NCBI GenBank assembly: GCA_049296775.1
Contig: JBAQTB010000003.1
Coordinates: forward strand, 336,068-383,515
Length of the DNA stretch: 47,448 bases
Reading direction: 5' to 3'
DNA from: Patescibacteria group bacterium
Lineage (GTDB): Bacteria; Patescibacteriota; Patescibacteriia; UBA9934
The position numbers and the translations under genes are program-made. The notes under the pieces were generated by a model. It saw nothing but the letters and a program-made list of their open reading frames with translations, was not told the DNA's origin and ran no database searches. Every line of letters begins with the position of its first letter. Within the stretch, counting starts at the first letter, position 1. Positions 35,414 through 46,500 of this stretch are shown piece by piece.

Positions 35414-36484
35414 TCATGTCTGCATTTTGTCCTGCTCATGACTATGCTTGAACCAGATCAAAGTACGCTGTAAGCCGTCAGACAATGACACCTGAGGTGC
35501 GTAACCCAATTCGCTTCTAGCTAAACTAATATCAGGGCAACGGCGCATCGGCTCTTCATTAGGATAACCATCCGGATACGGTATTTTAGCTATAACTGCC
35601 GTCTGAACTAAGGCACACACAGCTTGAGCTAGCTCATTTAAACTGACCTCATGTGGGTTGCCGATATTATGTACCTGAGCGCCGTGCTCCGCTAGCATAA
35701 CTTGCAGAAAACCGGTGATTGCATCAGAGATATAGCAATAACTCCGTGTCTGCAGCCCATGCCCGTGAACCGGCAGAGGCTCGTCGCGTAAAGCGCAGGT
35801 TAAAAACTGCGGCACTACTCTGCGATCATCTGGACGCATGCCTGGCCCATACACATTGAATGGACGAATGATCTGAACCGGAATACCAAACAGCCGCTGA
35901 TAAGTAATGGCTAGAGTTTCACTCATGCGCTTAGATTCATCGTAGCAAGCACGAGGACCCAAAGTAGAGACTTGACCCATGTAGGTCTCAGGTGTGGGAA
36001 TGGCATGATCCGGTGGATCTCCGTAAATTTCACTGGAACTAAAGACTAAAAACTTGTGCAACTGTTGGCTTCTGGCAAACTCCAATAAGTTCTCCGTACC
36101 GTGAACTGCCGCCCGAATAGTTTCCAATGGAAATTTAGTGTAATACACCGGTGAAGCAATACCCGCCATGTGCACGATATAATCCACCTTCAAATCTAAA
36201 CTAAGTGGCGCACAAATATCCGTAGTAATGTGAGTAAAATTTAGGTCATATAATTCTCCAAAAGTATTTAGACCCGTACCCACAATCGAACTATCAATAG
36301 CGATCACTTTGCAAGGCTTGGCTAAAACATGCTGATTTAGGTGCTGTAACGCAAGCAAAAAATGACGTCCTAAAAAACCTGAACTCCCAGAAACTAACAA
36401 GGTTTTACCGCTAAGTTTATGCGCCTGAGCACCCAAAGCTTGCACTATGGCCTGCAGGTCAGCAGCTAATACTTGACCAAACAT
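35414..36484 (-). CDS. UDP-glucuronate decarboxylase-like SDR (UXS / ArnA C-terminal-domain family)
   Basis: GSSGFLGRH Rossmann motif, SSSEIYGDP, GPRACYDESKRMSE (YxxxK), DDRRVVPQF and GHGLQTRSY. These are close to the human/bacterial UXS motifs STSEVYGDP, GPRACYDEGKR, DGRVVSNF and GSQTRAF. Confidence 0.75.
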   Translation of the reverse strand: MFGQVLAADLQAIVQALGAQAHKLSGKTLLVSGSSGFLGRHFLLALQHLNQHVLAKPCKVIAIDSSIVGTGLNTFGELYDLNFTHITTDICAPLSLDLKVDYIVHMAGIASPVYYTKFPLETIRAAVHGTENLLEFARSQQLHKFLVFSSSEIYGDPPDHAIPTPETYMGQVSTLGPRACYDESKRMSETLAITYQRLFGIPVQIIRPFNVYGPGMRPDDRRVVPQFLTCALRDEPLPVHGHGLQTRSYCYISDAITGFLQVMLAEHGAQVHNIGNPHEVSLNELAQAVCALVQTAVIAKIPYPDGYPNEEPMRRCPDISLARSELGYAPQVSLSDGLQRTLIWFKHSHEQDKMQT

Positions 36485-36499
36485 ATTGCAGGGAGAGTA

Positions 36500-37744
36500 T
36501 CACACTACTTTTGGCTTTGGAATTGGCAAAATGAATTTACCCCCAGCCTGTTTAAAGGCTTGATTTTTATCCATTATCGGCTGTGCAAAATTCCAAGCTA
36601 GAATTAGCAAATAATCCGGCGGCTGCCGTTTCAAAGCCTGCGAGCTGACCACAGGAATGTGCCGCCCAGGTGAATATTTACCCTGCTTGAGCGGACTATC
36701 GTCCACAATGTAGTCCAGCAAATCTGGTCCAATACCGAACACGTTCAGTAAAGTATTCCCCTTGGCCGGTGCACCGTAAGCTGCAATTTTTTTCCCAGCC
36801 TGTTTCAAATTCGTTAAGAGTATTAGGAGATCAAGCTTATTCTGCTGAATCCGAGCGGCATATTCTGTATACAGCCGTATACTCTTCAGACCGAGACTAG
36901 ACTCAGAACGCAAAAATTCCTGAACAGCTGACTGGATCTTATGCTTAGCGGATGCGAATTTAACGTATAGCCTGATCGACCCACCGTGAGTAGAAATTTT
37001 TTGCGCATCAAAAATCCTTAGCCCATGTAGCTTAAAAAACGTATTTAAGGCTGCGACACTAAAATATGACAAATGCTCATGATAAACAGTATCAAAAATA
37101 TTTTGCTGCAAAAAATCAACCAAATAAGGAACTTCAACGATAAATACACCATCCGGCTTGAGTAAGTACTTCACGCCTGCCGTAATATCAGCTAAATCAT
37201 CAACATGAGCAAAGACGTTAGTAGCGGTCACGATATCTGCTGCCCCTACTTTGCGTCTCAACCGAGCAGCGTAAGCACCAGAAAAGAATGCTACTTCAGT
37301 CGGGATTCCTGCCCGGCGTGCCAACTTAGCCACAGCCCGGGCTGGATCTACTCCCAACACCTTTACACCGTGTCGCTTAAATGGCGCCAAGAGGATACCG
37401 TCATTCGAACCAATGTCGATAACTAGTGAATTGGCGTTAAGCGCGAAACGCTCCGTAACCTGCGCAGCTAAACTCTCAAAATGAGCCTGAAATACTGGAG
37501 AAGTAGAAGAAGCGTAAACATACTCAGCGAACATTAGTTTTGGCAGTACCACATCTTGAAGTTGCACCAAGCCACACCGTTGACACAGAAACACGTTCAA
37601 AGGAAAAAACAGCTCCGGTGCATGCAACTGTTCCTGACTCAAAAAAGCATTAGCCAAGGGTGTCTGCCCAAAAGCTAAAACCAGCTTCAATTTGGTATGG
37701 CCGCAAATACGGCAATTGGTGCGGTGTTTAATTAAGCGCGACAT
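36500..37744 (-). CDS. NDP-sugar C-methyltransferase-like protein (Zn-ribbon + class I SAM MTase + C-terminal domain)
   Basis: CRICGH...PLANAF...FPLNVFLCQRCGLVQL Zn-ribbon, then EYVYASSTSPVFQAHF, and the SAM motif VIDIGSNDG. This is the architecture of the TylC3-type sugar C-methyltransferases. The ATG at 37744 is preferred to the track's TTG at 37753. Confidence 0.6.
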   Translation of the reverse strand: MSRLIKHRTNCRICGHTKLKLVLAFGQTPLANAFLSQEQLHAPELFFPLNVFLCQRCGLVQLQDVVLPKLMFAEYVYASSTSPVFQAHFESLAAQVTERFALNANSLVIDIGSNDGILLAPFKRHGVKVLGVDPARAVAKLARRAGIPTEVAFFSGAYAARLRRKVGAADIVTATNVFAHVDDLADITAGVKYLLKPDGVFIVEVPYLVDFLQQNIFDTVYHEHLSYFSVAALNTFFKLHGLRIFDAQKISTHGGSIRLYVKFASAKHKIQSAVQEFLRSESSLGLKSIRLYTEYAARIQQNKLDLLILLTNLKQAGKKIAAYGAPAKGNTLLNVFGIGPDLLDYIVDDSPLKQGKYSPGRHIPVVSSQALKRQPPDYLLILAWNFAQPIMDKNQAFKQAGGKFILPIPKPKVV

Positions 37745-37749
37745 ATCAC

Positions 37750-38499
37750 TCAACGTTTAGGAAATAGCTTGGTTGGTAAGCCACACCAAGCGCTTAAAAT
37801 ATATAAACCCAAGACCTTAAAAGTTTGCATGGCATACACCGTTGATTTCTTGAGACTGATAGAGGTATGTTCCTCATGGTAATCACAACGCACCGGCACC
37901 TCAGCAACTTTAAAATCGTAATATTTTGCTTGAGCGATGATCTCGAAGCTGTATAGGTAATCGTCAGAGGTACCCGCGAAAGTAAGCTTATCAAAAAGCT
38001 TAGCACTATACACCCTAAATCCCGAATGAAACTCTGTTAACGGTAGCTGTAAGATCAAGCGATCGATCGTGCTCAAACCCAGATTAGCCAAATACCGCGC
38101 GTACGAAATCCCGTCCCGCAAAGGCTGCAAAATATGCCCAGCAAAACGTGAACCGAGCAAAAAATCGAGCCCTTCTGCTTCCATCTTTGCCACTGCCAGG
38201 GCCGCATCCGTACTAGCGTACTGACCGTCACCATGTATCTCAACCATATAATCAGCCCCCAGCTCTAAGGCTTTGGCCAAACCAAACTTCAGATTCCCGC
38301 CGTACCCCAAGTGAGTGTGGGTAAATGCCAGTAAACCCAAACTCTCAGCTACCGCCAGCGTATTGTCCGCTGAACCGTCGTCAACCACAATGAGCTGCGT
38401 GTATGCCGTTTTAGGTAAACGCTCCAGCGTACGCCTAAGCATATGCACGCAGTTGTACGTCATAATCACGCCGATGACTTTAACTTTATCGTCTAACAT
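37750..38499 (-). CDS. GT2 polyprenyl-phosphate glycosyltransferase-like (ArnC/Dpm1-like)
   Basis: VIGVIMTYNC...VVDDGSADNT and DGDGQY (DxD). It is short and soluble-like with a C-terminal hydrophobic segment. The ATG at 38499 is preferred to the track's TTG at 38517, and it overlaps the upstream gene by 14 nt. Confidence 0.6.
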   Translation of the reverse strand: MLDDKVKVIGVIMTYNCVHMLRRTLERLPKTAYTQLIVVDDGSADNTLAVAESLGLLAFTHTHLGYGGNLKFGLAKALELGADYMVEIHGDGQYASTDAALAVAKMEAEGLDFLLGSRFAGHILQPLRDGISYARYLANLGLSTIDRLILQLPLTEFHSGFRVYSAKLFDKLTFAGTSDDYLYSFEIIAQAKYYDFKVAEVPVRCDYHEEHTSISLKKSTVYAMQTFKVLGLYILSAWCGLPTKLFPKR

Positions 38500-40474
38500 A
38501 ATCTGGAATTGGTTCAAGTTGACGCCGCTCAGCCACGGTATCTAAATATTCTTGAATTTCTGGTCTATCCGGCTGTAAGCGTTTAGCGGCATCAATAGCT
38601 TCCTCGGCTTTATCATACAAACCCATCCGAATATATGCCGAAGCTAAAAATAAATAATTACTCCCATTCCGCTGACCATTCTCAATGGCTCGCTCTAAAT
38701 ACATCATGGCCAAAATTGGTGACCGGCCATCATCAAAGCTCAATTCCCATTCACCGAGAATTGACCAAATCTTACCTATCTCTGGCCACTCAGTTACCAC
38801 GCGTAAATATGTCTGAATACTCAAATCTGCCCGGCCAAGTAAGTTAAAGGTATCTGCTGCCAGGATTAAATCGGCTTTGTCTCCAAACTCAGTCAGATAC
38901 CCCAAACGCTCACCAGCGTTATCGTAATTCACTCCGTACATCTCAATCACCTTCTGATTCGCCGGAATGTTTCTGACGAAGATAATATTGTACACATCAA
39001 CATGCACAATCACCCATTCAGGATCATTGGCTCTTCGATACAAAAAATCCCTTAACCCCGGCGCCTGATCGTAAGCGTAAAAAAAGAGGGTATTAAATTG
39101 ATACTCAGCTTGTTTGACCCGCCAAATCTCCTCATCCTGAATCATGGGTAAATATGTCTTTTCAGTAAAATCTATAGAATAAGCATCACCAAAACGATTA
39201 TCAATGAACACTCGTTCTTGTGGGTACAAATAAAAAATTAAATAACTACCAATATCTGGATCGTTGAAAACTGGACCGTGTAAATCTTGCTCAATAAAAA
39301 ACTGAGCGGCATCAAGGGAGCGTTCCGTTAAGCCGGCACCAAGCAAAGTTCGCGGAATAATTACTCCACTGAAACGGAGTGCAACCAAAATTATCCAGAA
39401 CAAACATAAAGTAAAGATCCCCAACCTACCTAAACCTATCCATACGGCCGGGTACTTATCCCGTAATTTAGCTGACTGACCCTCAAAAACAGGACTTAAA
39501 TTAGCTGAGACCGACGGCAAAAACATGAAGCTGAAAAATGGTAAGGCGCGAATCAATTTGTAAGCCAAGAGAAAACTGGCCGTTAACCCAGCCAAGAAAA
39601 AGACTGGCCGACGGCGCCAAGCACAGAATAAAGATAAGCCAGCAATAATGCCACTCAAAAAAAAGATCGGAATAACCAGATCAGCAGTAAGAGAGCTATT
39701 ACTCAACCAGGTAGGTATAGATTGATTCTCTGCGATTAGAATTGGAAATTCTCTAAAGACATTTAGACGCAAGGAGAACAGCGCTCCCTGAATACCGTAC
39801 GGACTAACCAAACACGCCAGCGCTAAAAGCGGCGTAATAATAGCTAATTTGCGCATCAAGGGGTCAGTTCTCAAACTACCTGGAGACTGAATAATTTTCT
39901 CAACCAAAAATCCAGCCGTCATTAAGACCCCAATGCCAAAAAACAAATGTGAGTTAACCCATAAAATCTGCAGCGGTATGAGCAGATAGATAGAGTTTTG
40001 TCGCGGCTTATCTTCAGCGGAAAATAACAAGTAAATAAAGATCGCAATCAGCAAATAACTAAAAATCTCTGGGCGCACTTGGGTACGAGCGCTCAACATC
40101 AAAATCGTGGGGATTGACAACCAAGCCACGACCCAAAAATTAGCCCGTTTCAAAGTGGCGAAGAAGAGTACAGCAAAAGTAACCAGCCCAAGAATTACCT
40201 TCAGGATCACCAGGCCTCCGTAGCCAATAACCTGATACAACCAAAAGAAAACAACACTGCTCAGCCAATGATGGTTAGCGAACGGTTGCTGCGGCTCCGT
40301 GTAGGAATACAGATTTTTAGTCAGAACATCCGTGTCGCTAAACAACACGCGACCATTCTGAATCAGTCTAGGCAAATCATCTCCAATTGGGAGCTCAATC
40401 TTATGCAATAAGACTAAACCGTAAAACAGCAAAGATAAGCTCAGTACTAAAATTTTTGCCCAAGTCCAAGTCAT
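38486..40474 (-). CDS. polytopic GT-C-like (ArnT/PMT-like) membrane glycosyltransferase with C-terminal TPR domain
   Basis: Roughly 12 hydrophobic helices. An acidic DD pair sits in the first external loop (ELPIGDDLPRL), as in GT-C enzymes. A ~230-aa soluble C-terminus has TPR-like repeats (YLFLASAYIRMGLYDKAEEAIDAAKRLQPD). Confidence 0.45.
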   Translation of the reverse strand: MTWTWAKILVLSLSLLFYGLVLLHKIELPIGDDLPRLIQNGRVLFSDTDVLTKNLYSYTEPQQPFANHHWLSSVVFFWLYQVIGYGGLVILKVILGLVTFAVLFFATLKRANFWVVAWLSIPTILMLSARTQVRPEIFSYLLIAIFIYLLFSAEDKPRQNSIYLLIPLQILWVNSHLFFGIGVLMTAGFLVEKIIQSPGSLRTDPLMRKLAIITPLLALACLVSPYGIQGALFSLRLNVFREFPILIAENQSIPTWLSNSSLTADLVIPIFFLSGIIAGLSLFCAWRRRPVFFLAGLTASFLLAYKLIRALPFFSFMFLPSVSANLSPVFEGQSAKLRDKYPAVWIGLGRLGIFTLCLFWIILVALRFSGVIIPRTLLGAGLTERSLDAAQFFIEQDLHGPVFNDPDIGSYLIFYLYPQERVFIDNRFGDAYSIDFTEKTYLPMIQDEEIWRVKQAEYQFNTLFFYAYDQAPGLRDFLYRRANDPEWVIVHVDVYNIIFVRNIPANQKVIEMYGVNYDNAGERLGYLTEFGDKADLILAADTFNLLGRADLSIQTYLRVVTEWPEIGKIWSILGEWELSFDDGRSPILAMMYLERAIENGQRNGSNYLFLASAYIRMGLYDKAEEAIDAAKRLQPDRPEIQEYLDTVAERRQLEPIPDYVRR

Positions 40475-40516
40475 GCAATAAACTCAAAGATTACCTGCAG
40501 CTTAACAGGAAAAATC

Positions 40517-43500
40517 TTAAGTAGAAACAGGTGATGTTGACACTTCTGCAGGAACTGGATCTGAGCTGACAGGCTCTGATGGGGTGTTTTCTGGAGCTTC
40601 CAGAACTGGAGTCGGTAAGACCGGCTCAATCACTTCAGGCTCAACAGGGACTGTTTCAGGGTTAGCCACATTTTCCTCAGCATCTGTCTGCTCGACGACT
40701 GGCTCGCCGCCAGTGTCCCCCACCTCATCAGTTTCACCAGCGATCTCTGGCTCAGGTACGGTGAGCTGTTCGCTTGGAACATTATCCTCAAGTGGCGCAA
40801 AATCTGGGTTTAAATTGTCTGGCGTAGTGGCATCAAATGGATCGATTACAGCCCCATTCGTAGGTGGCTCAGAAATTACCGGCGGCTGGACAACCGGAGC
40901 GCCAACGCTAGACTCAGCTAAACCAGCGTCCTTAATGGCCAAAGCAATCCAACTAAACCGTAGATCAAAGGGGGCAGCTTGACTGAGTGTCACAGTAAAG
41001 CCCGTCGTACTCTTGTCTGTAATGACATAACGAAGGTCACTGGCTAAGTATGCTTGCTCTGCCGCTGCCATATCCGCAATCAATGTCTGATCAGCAGCCT
41101 CAAAGTTCACGCTGGCCTGAACAACCGGCTGAGTCAGATATGCTTCTGTAAAATTCACTCTAACCTGCTTAGCGCCCGCGTGAATCAAGGCAAAACCGCC
41201 CATGTCAGCGTTAAAGTAAGGTCTACCGATCACCACTAAGTCGCTCAAGAAAGTTACCGCGTTGCCAAATGAACCGATCGTATCCACTTTTATTCCACCC
41301 GCAAAACTCGCCAAGCCCTGCACGGACAGATCGCCAGCCAAATCTAGGAAAGCCATGTTTAGGCCGGGCTGATCTTCCACCGCCGTAATCCTACCGAGTA
41401 AATCGGTCAAGCTGCCGTCTGTGATAACCACAGACGCTTCCACAGCAGCTAAACGTAAATCTAGCGCCTGCAAGCCAGCCAGCATCGAATCATTAATGAT
41501 CAGCTGGGAATCAATATGCTGATTAAGTGTAGCTAATAACGTTGTCGATTGCCCAGTCACTTGGCCGGACAGAGAGAGCGCGTAACTCTCAACCGCCGCG
41601 ACCATATCCCTCACATTCACCAAGTCAGCTGCAGTGACTTCCGTAGTATCGCTACTCAGGCCATCAACAGCGTCAGACAAAACCGCGATTCTGTCAGCGA
41701 AAATATCCAGGCCCGTGATGGTGTTGGCGTTGAAACTATCAGCCGTGACTGTGCCACGGAAATAGGCGTTGCCGGTAGCGTCAAAGCGAATAACTGCATC
41801 GTCTTCCATGATATTTTCAGGCTCTCCGTCAGCTTGAATCGCCGGTATTGCTGCCGGCCCCTTAATCACAAACTCTCCGTCAGCATTCAAAACCACCTGA
41901 AGCTCGGTACCAGTGACTGGCATCAAGATATCTGTCTGCACGGCGTTAGCGATGACTCTTGGAGTAATAATCTCCAGTCCGGCCGCAATTCTATCGGCTG
42001 AAATCTCAGAGAGTTCTAGTTGATTAGATAGTGCATCTTTTTGATGCATGAAATACTGCAAGGCTTGAGTGCCAACATCTGGTAACTCCAATGTTTCGCC
42101 GACCGTCTCAGTATCCGTAAGCGCTTCTGCACCTGAATCAGGTGGCGCCACTAAGCCAGAAAGTAAAGTCTTAATTGAAGAACCGTTAGCGTAACTGGTC
42201 TTAATGAAGGCTGTTACAACTGGCAATTCCTCATATGCGCCCGCGTAACCGGTAATCGCCTGACCTACAACCTGACCAGCCTTAGTAGCCCGCATCGCCA
42301 CACCCGGGACAGATGAACTAGTTAGCAAGTCTCCAGGCTGAATCGGGCCATTTTCAATGGAGACTTTTACCGGTACACGACCAGCCAAAGCCACCACAGC
42401 TGCGCGTTTACCATAATCCTCAATACTTCCCATGACGATACTCGGTGCAGTAGAGATGACACCAATCGCCGTTGGGTCATACGGACCCGTACTCTTCTTA
42501 ACCCCGGCTATCAGGGTTGGATCTAAAGACACCACGTCACCAGGCACGATCTCGTCATCATTAGTGGAGTAAATTTCCGCAATGTCAGCGCCAGTGCCCT
42601 TGATGGTCCATACACGTACCTCTCCGCGGCCGCCGGTTCCACCGTTACCGCCGTTTTCACCAGAAGCACCACCACCAGCACCACCACCAGCACCGCCGCC
42701 CAAAGCGCCTCCATCCCCTCCAATTGCTCCAACACCAGTAGCTACTCCACCTCCACCACCACCTCCACCACCGATGATACCGGTTCCGGCAGTACCGGCA
42801 GTACCAGCCGTACCGCCAGAAGTACCACCCGCCGCCCCAGTGTTAGACGTATAAGTACCTGCCAAGCCACCATTACCACCACCACGACTTGGGCCATTAG
42901 CACCAGCGCCACCTCCGGCACCACCCCTCAATGAGCCGCCACCGCCGCCAGAAGTGGTAGTGCTTGTACCACCGCCGCCAGCTCCACCAAATTGAGCGTT
43001 ACCTCCACCGGCTGCGTTGATTGTTCCGCCACCGCCACCCGCACCAGAAGCGTTAACAGTTGCGGGCAGAGGTCCACCACCGGCCACATTGGTGGTGCTA
43101 CCGTTGGTACCTACGCTTGATTCTCCACCTCCACCACCACCGCTGCTCACTGTAGCCGCCACCTGTCCGGCTCTACCGCCACCGCCACCAAAAGCTTGTT
43201 GATAAATAGTTCCAGTACATGCCGCACCAGTACTAAAACAACTTGACGCGCCCGGATTACCAGGAGACCCAGCATTGTTGTTCGAAGTGGAGCCAGCACC
43301 ACTCGCACCACCTGCACCAACGTCAACTTCAACTGTAGACGCTAAATCAGAAGCATCGAAATACTTTTCCACGTACGCTCCGCCACCGCCTCCGCCACCG
43401 CCGGCTCCAACAGCATTATTACCCCGTCCACCACCGCCTCCGCCACCGCCGGCTCCAAAGATTTTAACGAAAACTAGAACTGCATCGGCTGGTTTTGTAT

Positions 43501-46500
43501 ATGTACCATCTGCGGTATAAACGTTCTCAGTAATTGGGGCGATATCATGAACCGTGCCGTTCTCACATACTTTGATCTTGGTCTCAGAAGTATCGGCGTA
43601 AATATTATAATTACCAGCCGCACACGTAGGATTGGTGTCTGACTCCGTAAACTCAACACCTAAATTAGACGCCACCACTTGGCCAGTCGGCGCCAACGTA
43701 CCCACAGTCCCTGTATCTGTAACAGTCAACAAGTCATTACCGCTAGTGTCTTCTATAGTTAGCGTTCCAGAAGCACTTTCAAAGATCCTAACGGTATTCA
43801 TCTGGAAAAAATTATCACCTAGGTATAAGCCAGTACCGATATTAGAATCTGAAACGTTGACGCCGTATCGTATACCATTATCAACATTAGGCGATGTAAT
43901 TAACAAGCCACTAGTCAGGGTATTAGTAGTGGTTTCAGCATTATTGATACGTATCCCGGCATCCATAGACGTGTCCGCCGCACCGTCCTCCCAGTTGATG
44001 ACAATCCCGTCAAATGTGTCTCCAGAATCTCCAGACTCAGACGTTAGATCTAGACGTAAAGCATCAAAGTCGTCAGTACCATTGCCATCATCAATTTGAT
44101 CAAAATCAAAGGTAAATCCGTTTTGGCTGTTTTGAGCAGTATAGACAAAAGTTACGGTTTCAGCCTCGTCAAAAGTAACAGAAGTAACACCCGTCGGATC
44201 GCCGATGTCGTTAAAAGCCGTGGCCCCTCCCGATCCACAGCTATCCCATTTAAAATCTCCACCACCGGAAGTTTCAAACTGTAAACATTCACCGTCAGCT
44301 GGCGCTCCGTCTTCTGTGGCGTAATCAAGATCATCAGCATCCAAAGTGCCGTTTAAAATATCGGCAGATTCAATATTAGTAATCGAGTTGCCTGTGCCAT
44401 TAGCATCGAGATCTATGCCGGTAAGTGCGCCAGCGCTAGTAATTGCCCAACCGGCACCGCCCGTAATCGCGACCGTAGTTGAAGCATGAGCATTACCAAT
44501 CGTGATTACATCAGCAGCGGTGGCGTTAGTCGCGATATTGATCGTGTTGGTTCCGCTCGCAGTTACGCCTCCGATGTCGATGGTGGAGGTGACAGCCGCA
44601 TCATTAAAATTAACGGTCGTAGCGGCGCCGAAAGCGTTAACGGTCGTGGCATTAGTATTAATGAGGTTAAAAGTTGCCGCACTCGTAGTCAAATCACCAC
44701 CGTTAACGGACACATCACCTGACACATCTAGCGTTACCGTGCTCAGATAGACAAAGTCACCCTCACCTTCCGCCGTAACAGACCAATCATCACCTCCGGA
44801 TACGGCAACCGTCGTAGCAGCGTTCAAATTACCGATAGAGATCACATCAGCAGCAGTGGAATTAGTAGCGATATTAACTGTGTTAGTGCCACTGGAAGTT
44901 ACGCCTCCGATGTCGATGGTGGAAGTTACAGCAGCATCGTTGATATTCAGGGTGGTTGCAGCATCAAAAGCATTGATGGTGGTTGAGGCCGTGGCTAGGA
45001 GATTAAAAGTTGCAGATGAGCTTGTCAGGTCGCCACCGTTTAGAGCGATGTCACTAGCAGTCGTGATTAGACCAGCTGACGTAATCGACCAATCAGCATC
45101 AATGATCGTAATACTGTCGGTAGAGCTACCAATGTTAATGACATCGGTATCTCCCTGAGTTCCAATAGTAATTGTGTCGCAGGCTGCAGAGTTACACAAA
45201 GATAAAGTGGTAGCACTTGTTCCAGCTATCAATAATACTCCAGCTGCGTTAGTGTCTAATCCAATACCCGCGGCCACAGTGATATGTCCGGTCGACGCTA
45301 CGTCAAAGTTAGTGAAGTCAATGGTAGAGGTAGTACCGACAAGTGAGTAAGTGGTACCGGTGATGTTATTATCTCCAATTGAGAGAGAGTTAGTATAATC
45401 AGTATCCGTAATATCTATGGCGGTGGTAGCCGTAGCGCTAGCTGAGAGCGTCATGACTCCCGTGGCCGCAATTGACCAATCATCACCACCTGTTATGGCC
45501 ACCGTAGAAGAAGCATGAGTATTACCAATCGTAATGACATCAGCCGCTGTCGCATTAGTCGCGATGTTAACGGTATTCGTACCGCTATTAGTCACGCCAC
45601 CGATGTCGATGGTCGAAGTTACCGCCGCGTCATTAATATTGAGCGCAGTAGCCGCATCAAAGGCGTTGATCGTCGTAGAAGCAGTTGCGAGCAAGTTGAA
45701 GGTCGCCGCTGAACTCGTCAAATCACCACCCGTGATAGCGATATCCCCTGCTGTCGTCAAAGTTCCACTGCCAAGGAAGCTAAAGCTAGGATTAGTAGTC
45801 GCATTACCAAAAGCGATGTTCTCTGAGGCATTGGTAGTATTGATGTTTATGTAGTTATTAGTCCCTTCCTGAATGTCTAGAGCATCTGTAATATTGTCAG
45901 TTAAGGTGGAAGATAGAGTATCTGTTAAGAAAGCAACTGTACCTGTGCCATCCTGGAAGGTTATGGTCTGCTCATCAGTTGGATCAGTAATAACAAACGT
46001 TGTCCAATTGTCGTCATCCGTTGCACCCTCAAAGACAAACGGGGTAGCTCCTAGAATCTGAGCCGCTCCGGTTGTGATGTTACCTCCTGAGACCGTGAGC
46101 CCAGCTGAGCCCGTGATGAGGCCGTCAGCGGTAATGGCTCCAATGCCTGTCATGGCTCCCGTAGCTGAAATATCCCAGTCAGAAGAATTGATCGCGACAG
46201 TAGCCGAATTATTGCCAAGCGCCGTCACTCCGGTTGATGACAAAGTAGTAAAAGCACCGGTCGATGGAGAATTGGCACCAATCGCAGTGCCATCGATGGC
46301 ACCTCCGTTGATGTCGACAGTAGTAGCGGTCAATGTGCCCGAGTCAGTCAGTTCTGAGAGTGCAATGCCACCGTCAAGGACAGTGATCTCAGCATCAGCG
46401 ACGGTAGTGGCTCCAATAACAAGAGATAACGAGGCTCCGTTAATGATAACGGTGTCATTAGCAGCGTCACCAATCGTTATAGCATCCGCATCAGCGTTAG

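Noticed and set aside
42582-43520. Pro-rich plus-strand ORFs (42582-42854, 43017-43202, 43275-43520) and minus-strand off-frame ORFs inside the giant gene
   Set aside because: They are the antisense or off-frame reading of the GGN-rich Gly domain (ccn = Pro). They have no starts with ribosome-binding sites and lie entirely within a much longer, better supported ORF.
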